NCBI GenBank assembly: GCA_028534125.1
Contig: CM052832.1
Location: 7,690,001-7,754,000 of the forward strand
Direction of reading: 5' to 3'
DNA from: Lama glama
Lineage: Eukaryota
DNA length: 64,000 nucleotides
The notes beneath the pieces are model-generated. The model searched no databases and had not been told where the DNA came from. It saw nothing but the letters and a program-made list of their open reading frames with translations. This document shows, one piece after another, positions 39,046 through 50,461 of the stretch (the stretch's first letter is position 1; each line of letters opens with the position of its first letter). The position numbers and the translations under genes are program-made.

Positions 39046-39547
39046 CAGATCTTCCTGGACTCACAATGGAGTCACATATCAATAAACCCATCATTAAGCT
39101 GAAAATACTGTAAGTCGAAACCGCATTTAATACACCTTACCTACCAAACACCATGGCTCAGCCTGTCACCTTAAACACACTCAGAATCCTTACAGTAGCC
39201 TACAGTCGAGCAAAATCATCTAACACAAAAGCCAATTTTATAATAAAGTGTCGACTACCTCATGTAATTTATTGAAGACTGTACTGAGAGTGAAGAACAG
39301 AAGGGTTGTCTGGGTGCAGAATGGTCCCACACCGTGGTCCACGTTGGTTTTCATCCTCATGACTGTATGGCTGACAGGGAGCTGTGCTCACTGCCACTGC
39401 CCAGCATCATGAGAGGATCTCACCGCATATCACCACCCAGGAAAAGATAAACATTCAAAGTACAGTTTCTACCAAATGTGTATTTCTTCCTCACCATCAA
39501 AGTCAAACCATGCTAAGTCGAGTCATCATTAAGTCAGGAACCATCTG
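39046..39547 (+). mobile_element. Tigger5/MER47-like non-autonomous TcMar-Tigger DNA transposon
   Basis: Terminal inverted repeats cagatcttcctggactcac / aagtcaggaaccatctg flanked by TA duplications (39044-45, 39548-49); internal 'taagtcgaaaccgcatttaatacacc...cctacagtcgagcaaaatcatctaacacaaa'. Confidence 0.9.
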
Positions 39548-39562
39548 TAATCTTAGGGCTTT

Positions 39563-39699
39563 TTGGTTTTTTTTTTTGGTGTTTTGTGGGGTTGGGGTGA
39601 TTAGGTTTATTTTTTTACTTTTAACAGAGGGACTGGGGATTGAACCCAGGACCTCATGCATGCTAGGCATGTGCTCTACCACTGAACTATGCCTTTCCC
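39563..39699 (-). mobile_element. Vic-1-type camelid SINE
   Basis: 'ggggattgaacccaggacctcatgcatgctaggcatgtgctctaccactgaactatgcc'; imperfect TSD tcttagggcttt / tcttaacggcttt. Confidence 0.92.
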
Positions 39700-40989
39700 A
39701 CTCTTAACGGCTTTAAACACCATCTCTTTGCCAAGGACTCTCACGTATGTATCCCTAGCCCTGACTTCTCCAATGAGCATCCTACATGCAGTCTTCATTT
39801 GGGTATTCAATTCAAATTCCACGTGGTCAAGAGGTAACTCTTTACCAAGAATTATCAATTGATGCCAGAAACTTCTTCCCAATTTCACTCACGTGCTTGA
39901 GTTCAGAATGTAAGGAGTTACCTCAATCACCGTCTACCCCCAAACCCCATATCCATCAAGCCAAAATATACCCCTTTACTCATCTACTCCACTCCACCTC
40001 CATGGCAACAGCCGTAATCCGAGACCCCATTACTTCTGAACTGAGCTCCTAGAATTTTCAGTCACTTCCTGCTGCCACACCTACCTCCCCACAGAGAGAA
40101 TGTGGTTGCTCCCTCCTGTCTTCACTTTTCCACTCAGTGTCACCCCCGAGTCCTTCCCTGACTTCAAGAAACTCCCCTCCACTGACCTACTCACACTATT
40201 TTACATTCCTTTTATCATTCAACACTATCTTGTTAATTTACTGGATTGTGTCTCCTCTCACCAAATATAAATTTAATGAAACCCAGGGACCTTGTGTCCC
40301 CAACACTAGAAATTCAACAGATAGTTATGGAATGAACGAATCCACAAACTCATATGTAGCTGGGGTCAGTCTTTCTGTCCTAGAAGAAAGTGTGGTTTGA
40401 GTACAAGAGTGGGTAGAGGGAATCCTTGTCCAGGCTGGGTATACATGGAAGAAAAACTGGATGTGAGGATCAGGGAGAGATGACAAAGACAAAGACAAAA
40501 CAAAAAACAAACCCAGTGACTTCCATTCTGTAGAACTTTCCCAGGTATCTTATTTGGCTGTCAAAAGCCCCCTCGCATGGGTAACCCCTCATTTTTCTCA
40601 TTTTTCACCAATGTGGGGATCAGGAGAGGTAAGGTGATTTCCCAAGGTCACACAGCCAGTTGATAGGATCTGGGTCTAGAGCCCAGCTCTCCAGACGCCC
40701 AGTTCAGTGCTCTGTCATGATCATATGCCACATCTGTCCTAGTCTTGGACTGCCAGGAAGGCTGCACAGTAAACTGCCCAAGTGCTGTGAGTTCTGCCCT
40801 CCATCCTCTGCATGGGTCCCCACTTTGAGGACCCAGGCCCGACAGGAAGGAGCCAGCCACTTCCCCGCCACAGGAGGCCTTCTCCACAAACCCCCCTCCT
40901 TGGTCCCACTGGACATGTGCTCAGGATCTTATCACATAATTACCCCCAAGCTTCCATCAGATCTTTGACTCACAGAAAGGACATTAGAT

Positions 40990-41379
40990 TGTGGCTGAAT
41001 GCACGTTCATGTGCCCAACGCACAGTGAGGCCAAACACCAAAACGTCAGAGAATGGGTGGCTTGTGCCCCCCAAAAACCTCAAACTCTCTAAAGGGTTTC
41101 AGCTGAGCCTTTTTAAAGGGAGGGGCGTATGTGATCAGCTGTGCACATTTCTGATTGGTTGATGGTGATCAGTCCTTAGGCACCAGAAGGGCTGTAGGCC
41201 ACCTTCTCAGAATCATCAAGTAGTTAAAACCAGCACAAAAATGGAGGAAATTAGCATCTCAAAGACTCAGGAAAGATCCACCAGATACAGTGATCTGGGT
41301 ACTTCAGAGAGGAGCTACCACAGGGTATAGGGGAGGAGGCTGCCCCAGGAAGGCCCCGTAAGGGTCCTGCTGGGTTACA
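40990..41379 (-). repeat. 3' LTR of the ERV
   Basis: Shares 'aaagggtttcagctgagcctttttaaagg', 'gatggtgatca', 'aaattagcatct' and 'cctgctgggttaca' with 45767-46182. Confidence 0.92.
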
Positions 41380-41408
41380 ATTTCCCCCTGTTCTTTGATA
41401 CTCCTCAA
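41380..41408 (-). promoter_or_regulatory. Polypurine tract of the ERV
   Basis: Minus strand '...gaggagtatcaaagaacagggggaaat' immediately precedes TGTAACC of the 3' LTR. Confidence 0.8.
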
Positions 41409-44400
41409 TCTTGAGGATCCCAGGTTGGACAAAAAGGGGAACAGTATTTGGACAGAGAGGTCAGTCATGAACTCAGCAGAGGAGCTCGGTTTCACCCTCT
41501 AATCCTGTTCCATCCCTCCCTCAGTCTCTCAGGGCCCGGACAATAACCACTCAGGCTGCTCCCTGCTGAAACGTGGCTTGGGCCACGTCGATCTGGGGAA
41601 TGGACACTGAGTTAGAAATATTCCCGAGTTCCAAGTCCTCGATCCGAGTCTTCTGTGGTTAGAGCTCACTCCCTGGGGAATTCAGGAGACTAAGCTGAAC
41701 ACCAGTCTGAACCTGGCACTCTGGGGGAGACTTGCAGCCAGCTGTCTACTTTTATCTGAGTAGGTTTAACTTTCAATGTGGTGGTAACATTTGTATAACA
41801 AGAGCCATTGGCCACTACACATCTCATTTTTTTTTTCTGCTAACACCTGATCTAAAGTAATTTTACTGTGTAAAAATTTAAGTTACAAGAGGAGACCTTG
41901 AGGTCAGAAGGTTGCAGCTGCCATCTGCCAGCAACACCGCTTTGAGAACGGCTAGTGGCGTCCTGAGTCTGACACAGCTCAGAAAAATAAGAGTTCTCAA
42001 CAACCCAGGAACACGTCTGAAATCACGTCCACAATGGCCACCTCGTTTTACCTTGGATGTCTGAACCACAGCTACTCCACTCAGACTTTCAAATGCATCC
42101 CCTTCCTCAAGGCCAAACAAGATGTACAATGCAAGTCCCAAAGGCCACGCAGCAGGCCGCTTTGGTCAGTAAAGTTTGAGTCAAACCATGCACAGGCCAG
42201 AATGATTTCCCACACCTCAATATGTACAGATTTTTCCATCATTTCCTCTTTTGATTACAAATCTTTCAATAGAAAACACTGATGATCAAAATATCTGTCC
42301 CTCGATGCGGGGCGGGGTGGGGGGGGGATGGCTCCTGCCCCCGGCTGAGATCATGTCCCCCGGTGCGAGGCCTCCTTTGCATCTGCCTAGTTATCCATGT
42401 TGGGGAAGCTAATCAGATGTCGTAACAGGCTCAGGGGTATGTCAGTGGAGAAACATTTTATAGGCCATACATTTGATCACTTACACCCCATTGTTACACA
42501 AGTACATGGACTTTTAGCAATTGACTCAAAGCAATGTTACACATCATGAGTAGTTATGCTCTTGTGACAACCCCATGAGAGAATTCTCTTTCCTAAACAT
42601 TGGGAGCAATATTGATAGGGAGACAAACATTTGGTGAACAGTTCAATTAAAAAACGTAGAGCAGAAGCCAGTAATATTTCAGACAACCAAAAAATTCTAG
42701 ACCATGTGCATCAGTTCATTCGACCCCATGCAACCAATCTTTTTTTATTAATAGTTTAATGAAACTCAGTTTTCACTAGACTCTTAAATATCTTACCCAG
42801 CTCAGCAGTATGATTTAAAAGAAGCCTGTACTCGGCAAAAAGTCTTCTCCACGAATCCTCCTGAAGACGAAGCAGTTCTGCAAAGCATCAGCTTAACTGT
42901 CCATAAATGACAAAAGACCCAAGAAGGCAAGGCGAAAGATCCAATCACAATGTTTTTAACAAAGAAGTTTAATCAAGTTGCTATGATATACATTAACAGC
43001 CAGAACTATGACTAATAGTACTACATCAGGGCAGATCCCAACTTCAGAAACTCCATGTAATTTCTAGAATACCTGTATTAACATTTATCCATACTATACA
43101 ATCTGAAGAGGTTCATCACTCATTTGACAATGCTTCCCGTATAATTCAACATACCAACCAATCCTAGTTAAATATTTTTCTCTGAGATGTCTCGGGGCCC
43201 TCTGAAGCAAAGTTAGCTGAAGTCAAAAGAACTTAAATTAGAATTTGATAGGAAGTTTATCAAAAATATCACGTGTCACATCTGTTATCAGAAGCATTCT
43301 AAGTAAACGTGTTCTCTTAACAGAGAGGAATTAAATCCAGTCCTGCACCAGCCTACTTTAAATAACAAAATCCATTTACCTAATTAAGTTTAATCTAACC
43401 TCGGCCCAACCATGCACAGAACTCCTTTTTAAGAGTTTTCTTTCTACAATCTTTTCACAAGTTTCTGTATGCATATTAATTTGTCCCTTATTTGTTCCCG
43501 TCTAGAAACAACCAGCTCCAGGACTAAATCACTTTCCCATCCCTTAACAAAATGCAATTCAACGCCTCAAACCTTTTTACTCAAAACATAAATCCTACTT
43601 TCGTGCTGCTCACTGAAACGTCTCCTTTATTTTTAGTAATTTTAATTACATATTTAAATTAGAATCCTCAACTCTTAAAAATTGCAACCTTTAGTGGATG
43701 TTTCAGTATCCTATTTTGTTTGGGGATGACCCAGCTATTCAATAAATTTCCCTCATTTAACTTAATTTAGCACAACTCTAAAATTTCAAGTTACCAAATA
43801 TCTGCAGAGATCATTAAGTAGACAGTCCTAAAATAATTATTTCTAAAGAGTTCACCCAAAAGCTATCTCATTTGCGTTTAATTCACTTATAAGAATTTCA
43901 TCATACCAAGTTAATTTTTTTTCTTTCTGCTGACAAACTGCAACAGAAACAAGCATGAATTTATTGACCTTTAGTAAACTTACATACAATAAAATACATG
44001 TCTGTATTGATTATACCAACAAACTTATGCTAGTTTTAATCAGTTATCAATTCAATAGTCAGTATTTCCTAGATCACATGAACCTGACATTTGTCTAGCT
44101 TCTTATACTTAGAAGTATTTAACTTCTATTTAATAGACTTAAAAGTAAATGCTTAGAACTCATTTACAAGTTAGATTTTTTTTTTACAAAGAATTTTTTT
44201 TTTTTTACACAAAGAAATTTTTTTTTTTACACAAATACAGAAAAAGAGAACTCAGGTTTTCCGCTTGAGTTTTAAAAACTTTTTTTTTTAGAGCCCAGGT
44301 AGATCATTTACAACTCGAAGGCAAAGAGAAATGCAAATAGCTCCTTTAACTGCTTTTACAAAACCCAACCAACTTGGCTATTTTTAAGAATTTTTGTCAC

Positions 44401-45743
44401 TGTTGTTCCCAAATATCCACTTCAGTTTAAAGAAATAACAGTAATAGACAATAGTACATATATCGACTCACATTCACATGTTTCAGTTTCAGCAAAACCA
44501 GGAAGAGAACAGGATTTGAACTCAGGTACCGAGACACCAACGCAACCCCCCCCCCCGCCCCCCCAGAATAAAAGCCAAGCTGCAGAAGGCCCACTTTGAT
44601 ACCACAGCAGAGTCATTAGGGCCATTGTTTTCCAGATCTCAGGGAGTACTGAGCCACACAGTGTTACAATTTTAAAAAATCATTTTCTTTTATTCATGGA
44701 AGCATAGCTGAAGATCTCCCAGTTTTGCAAAACATACCCCAGGGCTCTGTTAACAGAGCTCTGACCATCCACACTTAATTATTCACAGCTGATGTTGTCA
44801 AATATCAAGCAAACAACAATTCAAAATGGTCTCTCAGGGTCACAGCTCCCTAGCCCCAAAAAGGGGGATTCCCAACCAACCCTCCATCAGTCCAAAAGGG
44901 GAGAACCCCAACCAATGCCCCAGCAGAGATGAAGTTGAATCCCAAAAGGGAAAAATCTCAACCAAAGCTCCGCCAACACAAACGAAGCCAACGCACTAGG
45001 GAAGGATGCCCTGGAGCCGTCACAGGTGAACCTTGTTAGTCACCAAAGCCCTCTCAACCAGCCAGCGCAAGTACTGACACACACACACAGACACAACAAA
45101 CGTGGTCCCACAAACAAGGCACAGCCCAACAATTCCACTTCACTCCCAGACGGAGGCTTCCAGAGTGGCCTGGCTTCCGAAAGCCAATGGGCCCAGAGTG
45201 GCTCCCAATGAGCCTAGAACGGCTCACTTCCGGGAAGGGAAGGAGCCCAGGTGGAGCGGATAGAATCTTCCCAACCTGCTCAAGCCAGCACGGCTCACCC
45301 CAAAATGATACAGACAAAAACACAAACAACAAATAAGCTACAGTCACACAGAAAAAAAAAATCGGAAGAGGTGAAATCTAAATTCCACTTCCACTCCCAG
45401 ACAGAGGCCTCCAGATGGGCCCAGCTCTCGAAAGAGAATGGACCCAGAGCGGCTCTCCTCCTAGAAAGGAATGACCCCAGTCGGAGTAGAGAGAACTCCC
45501 AGCTGGCGCGAGATGGAGTGACTCACCCTCCGGCGACATGGAAGGTGGACGCAGCTCCAAATGTTTCTCGAACGTGGACGGCAGCTCTGGGTGTTTCTCG
45601 GCTCCAAACAGCCTCCTGCAGGGCAGCCGAGGCCTGTTAGGGAGAGTCCTCCCCGGTTCCCCAGAGCAAAGCGAGCTCCGGCAGCTGCTGGGGAACTCAG
45701 GTAGGGCTGCCCCGGACCAGGGCCCACCCGCCACCGGCGCACA

Positions 45744-45763
45744 CTCCTCAGCTCGCTTCCCCA
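45744..45763 (-). promoter_or_regulatory. Degenerate primer-binding site, tRNA-Arg-like
   Basis: Minus strand TGGGGAAGCGAGCTGAGGAG, 3 nt after the 5' LTR end, resembles TGGCGAGCCAGCCAGGAG (complement of the tRNA-Arg(ACG) 3' end). Confidence 0.55.
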
Positions 45764-45766
45764 AGA

Positions 45767-46182
45767 TGGACACCGAACTTGCATTTATACCCCACGCACT
45801 GTGAGGCCAACCAATAGGAAACATGGGAGGAGCCGGAGGACGGGTGGGGCTCACGGCCAAAAAGCCTCAAACTCCCTAAAGGGTTTCAGCTGAGCCTTTT
45901 TAAAGGCCAGGTAAGAGCAGGGCGTCCCAAGGAATGGACTCAGCTGTGCACCATTCTTGGATTGGCTGATGGTGATCAATCCTTGGACACCAGTGGGGCT
46001 GGGATCTTGCTCATGATCATCAAGCACTTAAAACCACCACCAATGGAAGAAATTAGCATCTGAAAAACTCCGGACAGACATATTAGATGGAATTAGCCAG
46101 GTCCTTCAGAGAGAAGCTAAAGCAGAGGATATGGAGGAGGGGTCTGTCCTGGGAAGAGCCCATAGACTCCTGCTGGGTTACA
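45767..46182 (-). repeat. 5' LTR of the ERV with CCAAT and TATA-like boxes
   Basis: LTR homology; ATTGG at 45961-65 (CCAAT on minus) and TTTAAAAA on minus at ~45897-45904. Confidence 0.9.
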
Positions 46183-46275
46183 AGATAATCTGGTCCAAAG
46201 CTCTCATTCTACCAATGAGGCTACTGAGACCCAAAGAGAGGTTTGACTTGTCCCAAGTCACATGGGGTATAACCA
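46183..46275 (-). mobile_element. MIR remnant, the insertion target of the ERV
   Basis: 'ctcattctaccaatgaggctactgagacccaaagagagg...gacttgtcccaagtcac'; joins 'gaaaggacattagat' left of 40990. Confidence 0.65.
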
Positions 46276-46344
46276 GGCACCCTGCAGACAGAAAAGTATA
46301 GTAAATTATGTACCCATGTCCCAACTCTGTCGAATTCTTATGTT

Positions 46345-47095
46345 GTGCAAAAATTCGCTACAATTTCTGTTTTAAAACATTATGACACAGTAGAAGGTCC
46401 CTGGGTACCTTCCCCAATTCCACGCCTCTCTCCTCTCCCTAGAGGTTACCACCATCCTGAATTTGGTGTTTATCATTCCCACGTGTTTTTATACTTTTAC
46501 AACACATGTATACATCTATAAACAGTACATAGAATCATTTTGTATGTTTTTGAACTTGATATCAACAGCATTACCCTGTACGTGTCCTTCTGCAACTTGC
46601 TATTATGGTCTTAGGATTGAACCGGGATGATAAATACAGGACTGGTTCATTCATTTTAGTTACTCAAATACAATGACTGATTTCTCTTTCCATTGATGGA
46701 CATTTAAGATCTTTTTTTTTTTCACTGTTTCTTTTGTTTTCACTGTTGCAAATGATGTTGCCATAAGCATCTGGAGAACACAATTTTTCCATTCTCCTAT
46801 CCATGGACTCTCTTCCCAATGTGTTGCTGTCCCAGCCAACTCTGCCATATCTCCTGGACACGTGGCCCCGAGTTTCTCCCGGGACTTCTGAGAGGAATCG
46901 CTGGGCTCTGGGACAGCCACGGCTTCAGCTCTACTAGATCTTGCCAATTGCTCTCCAGAAGTGGTTGTACCAATTTACACCCCCACCCAGCTCAGTAATC
47001 TTTCCATTATGCCAAGCTGCTGCCTGATTCTGCTTTCAATTCTTTCTAATTTATGAAAGGAAAATATAAAAGAGGTGCTATTACCTTATTAAAAC
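46345..47095 (-). mobile_element. L1ME-type fragment
   Basis: 'agaggttaccaccatcctgaatttggtgtttatcattccc', 'gtggttgtaccaatttacacccccacc'. Confidence 0.75.
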
Positions 47096-49953
47096 TCCAG
47101 CTTCCTTTCCCTGCAGAAAGGAGAGGAAGAGAGAAGGGGAATTGCCTGTTGGATGGGGGCCTGGCGCGCATTCATCAACTTTATAGTAGCGCCGGCTTGG
47201 AATTCAGGTCTCCTGAGGGGGGAGCGCGGGGCCACTGGAAACAAGAGACACTTTCACCGCGGCCTCCTCCAGGAACGCAGATATAATTTACTCTAAGGTA
47301 CAAAAACGTTTGCACTTACAGCCTCCCTGGTTCCAATCAGGACATGAAGGGTAAGTGCCAAGACACCAGAGAATAAGCCAGTTCTCATAAACTTTCCAGC
47401 CAAACGGCAGACTCTGGAAGGCAGAACCGAGACTGGTAATGAACTCGAGTGCTCAGCCCGGGTCAGCTCTGGGCTCCTTTGAATAGTGACTGGCAGCACC
47501 CCCACCACTGGGGAGGGCCCTCACTTCTCCCTCGACGGTGGCCCCCTGAAGCCCCGCCACCCTCCCGGATCCCAGGCCAGGCACCCTCTCCCCACAAAGG
47601 CCTGTGGGATCCCTGGGCTCTCTGTCTCCTCCCAGCCCTCCTTCCAGCCCTCCTCTCATCTAGATTCGGAAGCCCCTCTACTCAGCCTCCATGCTCTTCT
47701 CTGTCAAGGTGCTTAGTGGTTTGATCCAGACTTGTAAGTGGATCTGTTGTCCCCAAAGCCTGTGGTCCCCTGAAGGCAAGGATTATCTCCCTCACCCTGG
47801 TCCCCTGCCTGGTAAGCACTGGCTGGTTTGCTCTGGGAGGAGAAAAGGAAAAGACAAACCACCGAACAATCAATCCCTCTGCACCTCTCTGTTCCTTTCC
47901 ATCCTGTGCTGTGGATCTCATCACTCCATATTGTGATTATTTGCTACAGTTTTTGTAGCAAATAAAAAAGAGAGTCAAGTTTCCCTACTAGACTGTGCGT
48001 CCCCTGAGAGCAGGGGCCCTGCTGTGGGCAAGTGTCCAGTGGGGACCAGATGGCACGCAGTAGGTGCGCATTGAACTGAGTGGCGTTGAAATGTTAGTTT
48101 CAGATTCCGACTCGACCCCACTCCCCATGACTAATTAGCTACAGGTATCTCTTCATTGGTACGAAGAGAATGGAAGACTGAGCTCATTAGGGTTTGAGGC
48201 ATAAGGAAAGATATGAGCCCTGCTGATGCCCCAGGTGAGACAGAAGACGAGAGAAAGCCTGAGGGGAGGAAGGGAGAGACCCACTTTAAGTGGAAAGCTC
48301 TTTTTAATTTTCCTTTTCTTCTTGTTTTTAAGTTCCAGTCTTGGATCCTAGAAATTACAGGCTCCTTCAGCATCGCCTCTGTGGTTGGAAAAAATGCTCA
48401 TTTCACTTTTAAAACAAACAATGGAAAGTTCCTTTCAAAGGAAAAATCTTATTAGCCCAAGTCCAAGGGAATCTGTGAGAGTTTCACTCAGATCGGCAGG
48501 GATGGTCCTTTGGCCAGCGGTGGCCCCCCAGGAGGCAGCCCCAGGGAGGCTCCGTCTGACCTCCCCGCCCTCGAGGGCTCCCTTCTCAGGAGAAGCACCC
48601 ACCCACCCCTCCCTGCGGGGCCAGGCGTGCAGAAGACCTCACAGTGAACACAAGCAGGAGGAAACCACTCAGACATGAAAGGGCAGAGAATATCCTTTAC
48701 CCAAATAAACAGCCAAAGATGCAGAGGGAAGCGAATCCCATCAGACAAAGCCACAAATTAAGATCACAAGAGACCGGGCTTGGAAGCCGGGCTCTGTCTT
48801 TAAAACATCTTCCAGGAAGCTGCCCCTGGGGCAGCCCTGTCATCCTGCCCGTCCCTCTGCTCAGGCTGGGCCTCTAGAGGCCCTCCAGTGGGCATCTGGG
48901 CCTGTGCTGAGTCATCAGTGGCGCTGGGAAGCCGGAGGGGACCTGAGCCTGTGGGTGTCGGGGTGAGATGGGTCAGTGATGCAGAAGGGGGACCGTGAGA
49001 CGGGGAGATGCTGCCCTTCACAGAATCCTGGGAGTCATCAGACAACAGAAAGGTGCCCTGGTGCCTGAGCTACCCCTCTGGCCTGGACAGAGCCCTTCCC
49101 ACCCGCAAGCAGGGCTGCAGGCCATCCGCCAAGGCTCACATGTGGCCACACTCTTGGATTCACAATTTTGAAACTGGCTCTGCTCAAGCTGCTCCCCGCT
49201 TTCCCCATCCCAGCCTTGGGCGCTGGCCAGCAGTCAACTGTGAGGCAAGTTCCAGGATTAGCCAGTCTCTGCTGAGATACCACCACCTATGCAGGGGAAA
49301 CAGGGTGAAGGCATTCTGATGCCACCTGAAGGCTCACTTGGTCTTGTTTAGGGATGAAAATAGAAGATACCTGCATATACTGTAGAGACGAAACAGATAA
49401 GATTTCGGGAAAACTTTATGTCGGAAAATTTTAAAATTTAGCTGAAATGAAATAGATAAACTTAAGAAAAATACAACTTACCAAAAGGGCTTAAGCAGAA
49501 ATAAAGAATCTGGGTAATCCTATAATGAATTGCTAGTTTAATTTTTTAAAAGAAAACATCAGTCCAGAAAGCTTTATAGTGAGTTCAATAAGTCATTTAA
49601 AGAATCAATCATTCCAATATACACCAAGGAAGAGAATAAAAGTAATTTATCCTTTCCTCTCTAATTTATTGAGCAGGCTAAGAGGATGAATTTCTTACAA
49701 AGCATTAGGTAAAATTGAAAAAGTCATAATGAGAAAACAATAGCTCTTTGCAAACTTGAAATAGAAGAACTCTTCTTAAGTCTGAGAAGGAAAACTACAA
49801 AGAATTTGCAGAAATCTCAGGTGCCCTTTGAAATCCCAGAAGCCTTCCCTTTCAGATCAGAAAAATGTGGGGTTACCTACTCTCACTACTCCTAGTCAAC
49901 ACTGCCCCAGTCATCTCTATAAAACAAGAAAATGAAATAAGATGGCAGAGTTG

Positions 49954-50035
49954 GGGGAAAAAAAGTATCATTATTTGCAGGTGATTTGGTTTTCGGGGAA
50001 AAAAAGTATCATTATTTGCAGGTGATTTGGTTTTC
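49954..50035 (+). repeat. Perfect 41-bp tandem duplication
   Basis: ggggaaaaaaagtatcattatttgcaggtgatttggttttc at 49954-49994 and 49995-50035. Confidence 0.97.
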
Positions 50036-50325
50036 CATATAGAAAACCCAAAGTAATCTTGAGATAAATTATTATTAATAAAATATATTTTTAAGGTGAC
50101 ATATAACTTTCTATATACTAGCAACAATCAGTTAGACAATGTAATAAAGATACTACTTACAATGACAACAAAAATGTAAAATTTGCAAAAATAAATCTAC
50201 CAAAGATTTGCAAGCATTCTATAGATAAAGATACAAACATGTATTAGGAGATACAAAGACCTAATTAAATTAATGGTGTATGTACTTGGATGGGAAGATT
50301 CTATGTCCAAAGATGTCAATTTGCA

Positions 50326-50461
50326 GGGGGAGGGAATAGCTCAAGTGGCAGAGTACGTGCTTAGCATGCACGAGGTCCTGGGTTCAATCCCCAGTACCTC
50401 CTCTAAAAATAAATAAATAAAATAAATTACCTCCCCCACCCAAAAAAACTTAAAAAAAATA
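50326..50461 (+). mobile_element. Vic-1-type camelid SINE with TSD
   Basis: GGGGGAGGGAATAGCTCAAGTGGCAGAGTACGTGCTTAGCATGCACGAGGTCCTGGGTTCAATCCCCAGTACC; TSD aaagatgtcaatttgc (50309-24) / aaagttgtctatttgc (50462-77). Confidence 0.95.

Larger units (their letters stand above)
38880..40345 (+). mobile_element. L2 element interrupted by a Tigger5/MER47 and a Vic-1 SINE
   Basis: L2 ORF2-end motifs ('cctggtcctaggtcttttct', 'aaacaccatctctttgccaaggactctcac', 'ccctgacttctcc') and 3' tail 'ggaatgaacgaat'. Confidence 0.75.
40990..46182 (-). mobile_element. Full-structure non-autonomous ERV1-class provirus (LTR-int-LTR), no intact gag/pol/env
   Basis: Two homologous LTRs both starting TGTAACCCAGCAGGA on the minus strand; outer ends TG...CA; 4-bp TSD AGAT (40986-89, 46183-86); PPT and PBS-like sites in the expected positions; AT-rich internal region. 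Confidence 0.92.

Noticed and set aside
41878..42282. ORFs in the 3' ERV interior as env or integrase
   Set aside because: No recognisable CKS-17, CX6CC, DDE or GPY/F motif.
44175..44235. Three T-run/acaaagaa units resembling a spaced repeat array
   Set aside because: Slippage in a poly-T tract with no unique spacers; not CRISPR-like.
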